Of a stretch of DNA of 64,000 nucleotides, positions 58,779 to 64,000 are shown in pieces. Numbering within the stretch: the stretch's first letter is position 1; the number at the start of each line of letters is the position of its first letter. Both the position numbers and the translations under genes were made by a program. Source of the DNA: Lophium mytilinum (Eukaryota). The notes under the pieces are model-generated. The model was not told the DNA's origin. It was given only the letters and a program-made list of their open reading frames with translations, and did not search any database. The stretch covers positions 620,001 to 684,000 of the forward strand of contig MU004200.1 of assembly GCA_010093605.1 (NCBI GenBank), read 5' to 3'.

Positions 58779-60812
58779 TTACCTCACATCATACTCCCCC
58801 AACTCAGGACTCACCACCCACGCATGATACACCTCGCTCGTCCACGGCATATTTACCCCCTGCCTCCCAAACTTGTTCACAAAATACCCCGCGCCCTCCC
58901 TCTCCCAAATCAGCTTCGCATTTTCCTTATCCAACCTCCCGTTATACTCATCATACACTTCTTGCTTTACTTCCATACTTCTCTTCCCACCCTCAATCAA
59001 CTTCACAATACCCGCAATCGCATACCGCCCCCAAATCTCGCTCCAGCTATGCAGCGACGGCCCACCCCGCGGCTGGTGATTCGGGCCATACAACGTGAAG
59101 AGATTAGGATAACCTGGGATCGTAAGGCCAAGATAGCTGCGCGCGCCGTCTTTAGCCCACGTCTTATCGAGCTTCGCGCCATCCCGGCCAGTGTAGTCGC
59201 AGGGGTAGAGGTACTCGGTCGGTTTGAAGCCGCAGCCCAGCACCACTAGATCAAACTCCCTCTCCTTCCCATCGGCAGTCTTGATACCCTTTTCAGTAAA
59301 TGAAGTAATCCCCTCAGTAACCAGCTCCGTATTGTCCCGCATCAGCGCGTCGTAGTAGCCATTATCGACCACAAGCCGCCGCACCAGTGGCGCGGACTTG
59401 GGAATCAGCTTTGGCAGCATGGGAGAGTCCTTTCCGACTTTCGATTCTATATACGCGGTCAAGCCCTTCCGCATGCCATCGTTGCGCTCGTTGATCAGAC
59501 CCCCCTTCGCGATCCACTCCTTGTCCTCGACTTGGAGGGGCGGCAGCTGCATACCGCGCACGAACAGGGCATAGCCGTACCAGTTGCGGTAGTAAGGCAT
59601 GCGATCGAGCAGCCAGTCGAGGTGCGCGGGGACTTTAGCGCGGTAGCCGTCGTAGGGGGCGATCCACTGCGGTGTGCGTTGATATATAGCTAAGTGGGAG
59701 GCGGTTTTTGCGAGACCTGGGATGAGTTGGGCGCCACTGGAGCCGTTGCCGATGACGGCGATGCGTTTGTTGTGGTAGTCGTATGAGTTGTCCCATCCGG
59801 TCGTGTGGAACATCGTGCCTTTGTATGACTTGATGCCGGGGATGTCGGGGAGGTTTGCGGTGGCGAAGAGGCCGCCCGCGCTGATTATGGCATTGGCGGT
59901 CATAGGTTCAGTGCTGCCGTCGGGGAGCTTAAGGGTGAGTTGCCAGCTTTGGGATTCCTCGTCCCAGATTGCAGCGATGAGCTCGCGGTTGAACTTGAAG
60001 CGGGGTTTTACGTCATGCTTGACGGCAACGTAGTCGAGGTACTCGCGGAGTTCTTGCGCGGATGGGAACATCTCTTTCCATTTGTAGCCGCGTTCGAACT
60101 TGTATTGAAATGAGAATCCAAGTGTGTCGACCCGAGCTTCGGGGTATGTGTTGATGATCCAAGTGCCGCCAGTGTCAGATTGCCGGTCGATGACTGTGTA
60201 GTTTATCCCGAGACGTTTTAGTGAGACCGCGGTGGAGATTCCGTTGATGCCTGCGCCGACAACAACGACATGGAAGTTCTTGAGTGTCTCGGGGGATGGC
60301 TGCTTACTCCAGTTCACTGCTCGGGGCATATTTTCAAAAGCTAGTTCCTCGTGACCGAGGCGGAGTTCGCTGGGCTTCAACTTCTCTCCCGTGAATATCT
60401 TCATTAGATTCGAGGATTCCTCGAAAGAGGGTTCTGAGAACTCCACAGGCGTGTTAGGCGCCTTGCGTTGTTCTTGCAGAGTGAGGAATTCTTGTGCCTT
60501 CGCTTTGACCTTCTCTTCATCTTCTTTGGATATCACGAAGTCCGCCATTGCGCCACCGCGGATAGGCTCTTTCGAGACTTTCATATCTCTGAGCTCAATG
60601 TCCCCTGTCACTTGGTAGAGTGCCAATCGGAGCGCATTCACTGTGGCCAGATTTATCGCATCTTTGATAAACTCCTCGCCAACCTGCGTCGTCTCCGTCT
60701 TGCTGGTTCCATTGACAGGGATTGGTTCGTTGTTTTTAAGGTAATGATTCTCTGAGGATACCTCTGTAAGTTCTGGGAGTTCAGGTTCGGTTAAGGCGGT
60801 TGCGGATGCCAT
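58779..60812 (-). CDS. Type I Baeyer-Villiger monooxygenase with a long N-terminal extension (4-hydroxyacetophenone-monooxygenase-like)
   Basis: VVVGAGING, GGTWIINTYPEARVD, the BVMO fingerprint variant YKGTMFHTTGWD, IAVIGNGSSG and PGYPNLFTLYGPN. 677 aa, intronless. Confidence 0.92.
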   Translation of the reverse strand: MASATALTEPELPELTEVSSENHYLKNNEPIPVNGTSKTETTQVGEEFIKDAINLATVNALRLALYQVTGDIELRDMKVSKEPIRGGAMADFVISKEDEEKVKAKAQEFLTLQEQRKAPNTPVEFSEPSFEESSNLMKIFTGEKLKPSELRLGHEELAFENMPRAVNWSKQPSPETLKNFHVVVVGAGINGISTAVSLKRLGINYTVIDRQSDTGGTWIINTYPEARVDTLGFSFQYKFERGYKWKEMFPSAQELREYLDYVAVKHDVKPRFKFNRELIAAIWDEESQSWQLTLKLPDGSTEPMTANAIISAGGLFATANLPDIPGIKSYKGTMFHTTGWDNSYDYHNKRIAVIGNGSSGAQLIPGLAKTASHLAIYQRTPQWIAPYDGYRAKVPAHLDWLLDRMPYYRNWYGYALFVRGMQLPPLQVEDKEWIAKGGLINERNDGMRKGLTAYIESKVGKDSPMLPKLIPKSAPLVRRLVVDNGYYDALMRDNTELVTEGITSFTEKGIKTADGKEREFDLVVLGCGFKPTEYLYPCDYTGRDGAKLDKTWAKDGARSYLGLTIPGYPNLFTLYGPNHQPRGGPSLHSWSEIWGRYAIAGIVKLIEGGKRSMEVKQEVYDEYNGRLDKENAKLIWEREGAGYFVNKFGRQGVNMPWTSEVYHAWVVSPELGEYDVR

Positions 60813-61228
60813 CGTGAACTAGCAAATGGTGGTCTAATCGGGTATCAAGCTCGTGCGTATGTAACATCTTGAGATCAGAGTTGGTGTAGTGACTTATACA
60901 AGTTCGGAATCTGCTTTCGACACGACAACGGATTTAGCAGTGGACTTAGCGGTATTGGTATGGTGTGAGAAGTTGAGGTTGGTGCTTGGTGGTTCTTCTC
61001 CACATTCCGGAAGCCGGTCCCTACGGAAACGCGGCTTTCGGGACCACAGAGCTGCAATGAGCGTAGTATCGCCACGGGGCAGATCACATGACATGATCTG
61101 GACTGTCCGAAGAGAGTGCAGTAAGAATCGTCGTACTAATACCACGTGACGTTCGGTAACAGACTTAGCATGCGAATTGGAGGTACACTATGTTTAGAAT
61201 GGTGTCATAAGTTTCATATGGTCGTTCA

Positions 61229-62482
61229 TTATCTAAGAGCAAAATCGAATCCACCTTCATGACGGTGCGTGTCGCCCGTAGGCTCAGTCCCAAGGGTATG
61301 CCGTGCGATAGTGGGTGGGAACGTTAGATCCTCGGGACAGCGCCCATCCTTTGGATGATATTTTGCTGGAACCGCCGAGACAGGACCGGTAATGTTGGTC
61401 TCCAACCCCAGACCATGCATTTCGATGCTATTTTTGACTACGCGTCGTGGTGGCGACGCCGACCGACGTTGTTGTTCGGAGACTTCAGGGGCAGAACTGA
61501 CCAGAGTTCTGTGCGTGTAGGTGTACATAAGGACATCGACCCACCCGCAGGACGTCATAACGCATCCAGCGACGAGGTAGTAGGTGTCTGGGAGGGTGTA
61601 ACCACTCATTGCAATCATTCGACCGATGGCGAGAGGGCTCGTGAGAACGAGATATGCACCCGCATAGAGGAACATGTACCAGGTAGCTCTCCACAGGCTC
61701 TTCGTAGTGGCCGACTGGAATGATAGACCTAACTTCGGGTCGTGCAGCCGTGTTCGCATTCTGCGAAAGAGGTACAGATAAATGCCAAGGGTTGACGCTT
61801 GGTCGATGAAGATCCACAGGTAGTGAAGGAAGAGTCGTTCAGGCTCGTATTTCGGCGAGATCCAGCACTATACAGTATTAGCGTAAAATTGTGGAGTGCT
61901 TCACTATAACTCACCCACGCTCCTGCAAAAGTGAAAAAGCCCAGCTTGTGTATGATGGGGCCAATGTTCGTCATCACTATGGCAAAGATCCAGATGGAAA
62001 CAATGCTGAGAATGAGCCCGTTGAAGCTGAGCTTATAGTCGAAGCGGATCAAGCAGAGGGTATGAACGGCAATGGCGAGCACAAACGCTCCGCTGGCGAC
62101 GTCTCCGATGTGGAGAAACCAAGCTTGTGTAAAGCACGCTGTAGTCGGAGCTATGATTTTGTCCAAGCCAATCCAATGCCAAGAGATCATAAATGCCAGC
62201 GCTTGTTGAAAGTCTGCAATGAGTAGATTAAGAATGAAAAGGACATATTGATTTGCTTGAATGTATTGCCTGTGTTTTGAAGCTAGGTAAGGAACGAGAA
62301 AGTAGTCAAGCAGAAGATTGCACGCACCTGTAGCAATGCCTCCAGGTGTAGAGACGGTGTGCGATCAACGCTATGAGCACCAAGGTCGAGAGGGCGGAAA
62401 AGGTGGCGAAGATGGCGACGCCAATGAGACCTTCTCGCATGCCTTGAGGCATTGGATCGATGGAGTATGGATGCGGGAACAT
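61229..62482 (-). CDS. Git3/Gpr1-like seven-transmembrane GPCR; introns 61868-61914 and 62270-62327
   Basis: NQYVLFILNLLIADFQQA, CFTQAWFLHIGDVASG, AGAW|CWI, LHYLWIF and CGWVDVLMYT, with multiple TM helices. Confidence 0.85.
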
Positions 62483-63031
62483 TTCAGCACGATTATTGAG
62501 TGCCGTATCGGAGAATTCTGGTAAAGTAGGGCTTAAATTGCGAGGAACGATGCACACGCGGTGAAGAGTGCCCCGAGTTACATCCAGATTGGCAGCGAAC
62601 AGCTGAGCAGGACTTCATCGAGTAGTATAGAGTACTGACGATAGTTTCTATGGCAGGGAAGAAGGGGTATTACCAAAATGTGGAGAGTCAGGTTCCCCGA
62701 GTGCGGGAAGACGGGTCTATGCGCAGGGTCTACTAGTGTCTCATGCTGATCCGCTACTACGCAGCGATCTTACCATAGACAGACGGCGAAGCATACAAAT
62801 GGCTAGAACGATGACGGGGCAGTCGAAATGTCAGGGCCATGTCCCTGCTAACGTTCGGCACCACTCCGGGGACTATTCGACGGCTGTAGAGAACTCCTCA
62901 CTGATGAAACTAAAAGCTGCATCTGGAACGGGATCGTAACATAGAAAATGATCATGCTCCTCGGAAGATTTGACCTACTGGCAAAAAGTTATATCTGCAG
63001 CTCTCTCATACATAGCCCAGGTGCAGAGCTA

Positions 63032-63379
63032 CAGTAAAACCTCGGTATAGTGTTTTCGGGGTATAGTGATATACTCTATATAGTGATATATTTCGGCTGA
63101 CCGTACGTTTTTGTATGAGGAATAGTGATTTCCTGCTTAGTATGGTATCATTAGCTCCCACTCACCAATATCACACTAACCGGAGGGGATTTTTGTATGG
63201 GCGGGTGGTCCGTGGCACCTCCAGCCCCCTTCGACCCCCTTTAAAACCCCCTAATTTTGTGTTTTTTGGAGGCCTTTGGCTTACAAATCACTAACACGTG
63301 ACCCTTGATACAGTAATAATCTCTATACAGTGATACACCCCCGGTGAACAGACCCCATCACTATACCGAGGTTTTACTG
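63032..63379. mobile_element. 348-bp MITE of the Tc1/mariner superfamily (pogo-like ends)
   Basis: Perfect 21-bp TIRs CAGTAAAACCTCGGTATAGTG (63032-63052) and CACTATACCGAGGTTTTACTG (63359-63379). TA target-site duplication at 63030-31 and 63380-81. No coding capacity. Confidence 0.95.
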
Positions 63380-64000
63380 TACTGCAGAACCCTATGCTAA
63401 ACGAAGGGGGGCCGAGGCGTAAGCAATTGGCGCAAACTCTACCTGGGTACCTAGCATCTGCCGCGGCGACGAGTATTTGAGTTCATAGAGTGAGGCGCTA
63501 TAGTCTCTGCCGAGGCCTTGGGGAGAAGAGCCTTCACAGCTTCCCTCAAACTCGTATAGAACTGTCGCGTTGGAGCTGTCAGGAAGTAGCATGAAAGTTG
63601 GCATGGTCTGGAGCGGTCGTCCGAATGTACCCCGCATTGTCGACACGAGACGAGAGAGAGAAGGTGTTGCGGCGCTGTAGAAGCATTCACCCGCGAGGCT
63701 TCCATTGATGTGAGTGGATGGCGGATGGAATGGAGTTGGTTGGTGAAAGGACCAAGGGGACATGTGGATCTGGGGAACCCATGCGCCTGATTCGGCCCGG
63801 GCGCCGTTGCATCCCAACCGCACTTCAGGGGCTCGCTGCCTCTCCCTCCCGTCTTCCGCACCAAGACCCTTCGAGAATCCGGGGACCATGCTGCAGCTGC
63901 TCGGCCTGCTCTGCTGTCGACCTATCCGGGCACCAAAGAACCGCGACTCTTCACAGTTACGTACTTGCAGAACCCCGTGAGCGTCATCACCACTCGAGAC

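Noticed and set aside
1..64000. tRNA, rRNA or CRISPR arrays
   Set aside because: None were recognised by eye. The context is eukaryotic and there is no repeat-spacer periodicity.

Overview
Fungal genomic DNA from a filamentous ascomycete, with short GT-AG and GC-AG introns, CTRAC-type branch points and fungal-specific gene families. The window has three zones. (1) 1-22 kb is conserved-looking: the 3' part of SPT16, a PTR2/POT peptide transporter, three consecutive minus-strand secreted or membrane proteins (one a large mucin-like protein with three hevein/CBM18 modules) and a hypothetical protein. (2) About 24-46 kb is an accessory, immunity-like island. It holds a free-standing His-Cys-box endonuclease-domain gene, a Copia-gag-like relic, a SAM methyltransferase and four HET-domain genes. 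One HET gene is broken by a single TAG, one has C-terminal hydrophobic helices, and one appears spliced to an upstream TPR + ZZ-finger ORF, giving an unusual TPR-ZZ-HET protein with no NACHT/NB-ARC domain. A ~145-bp inverted repeat pair brackets about 9 kb of the island, alongside small TE footprints and palindromes. (3) 46-63 kb is an oxidative/regulatory gene group: CYP52-clan P450, beta-carbonic anhydrase, two fungal transcription factors, MpaB-like oxygenase, Cys-rich membrane protein, intronless HAPMO-like Baeyer-Villiger monooxygenase and Git3-like GPCR. A pogo/Tc1-type MITE follows. All calls come from manual reading of motifs and splice signals; no database searches were run.
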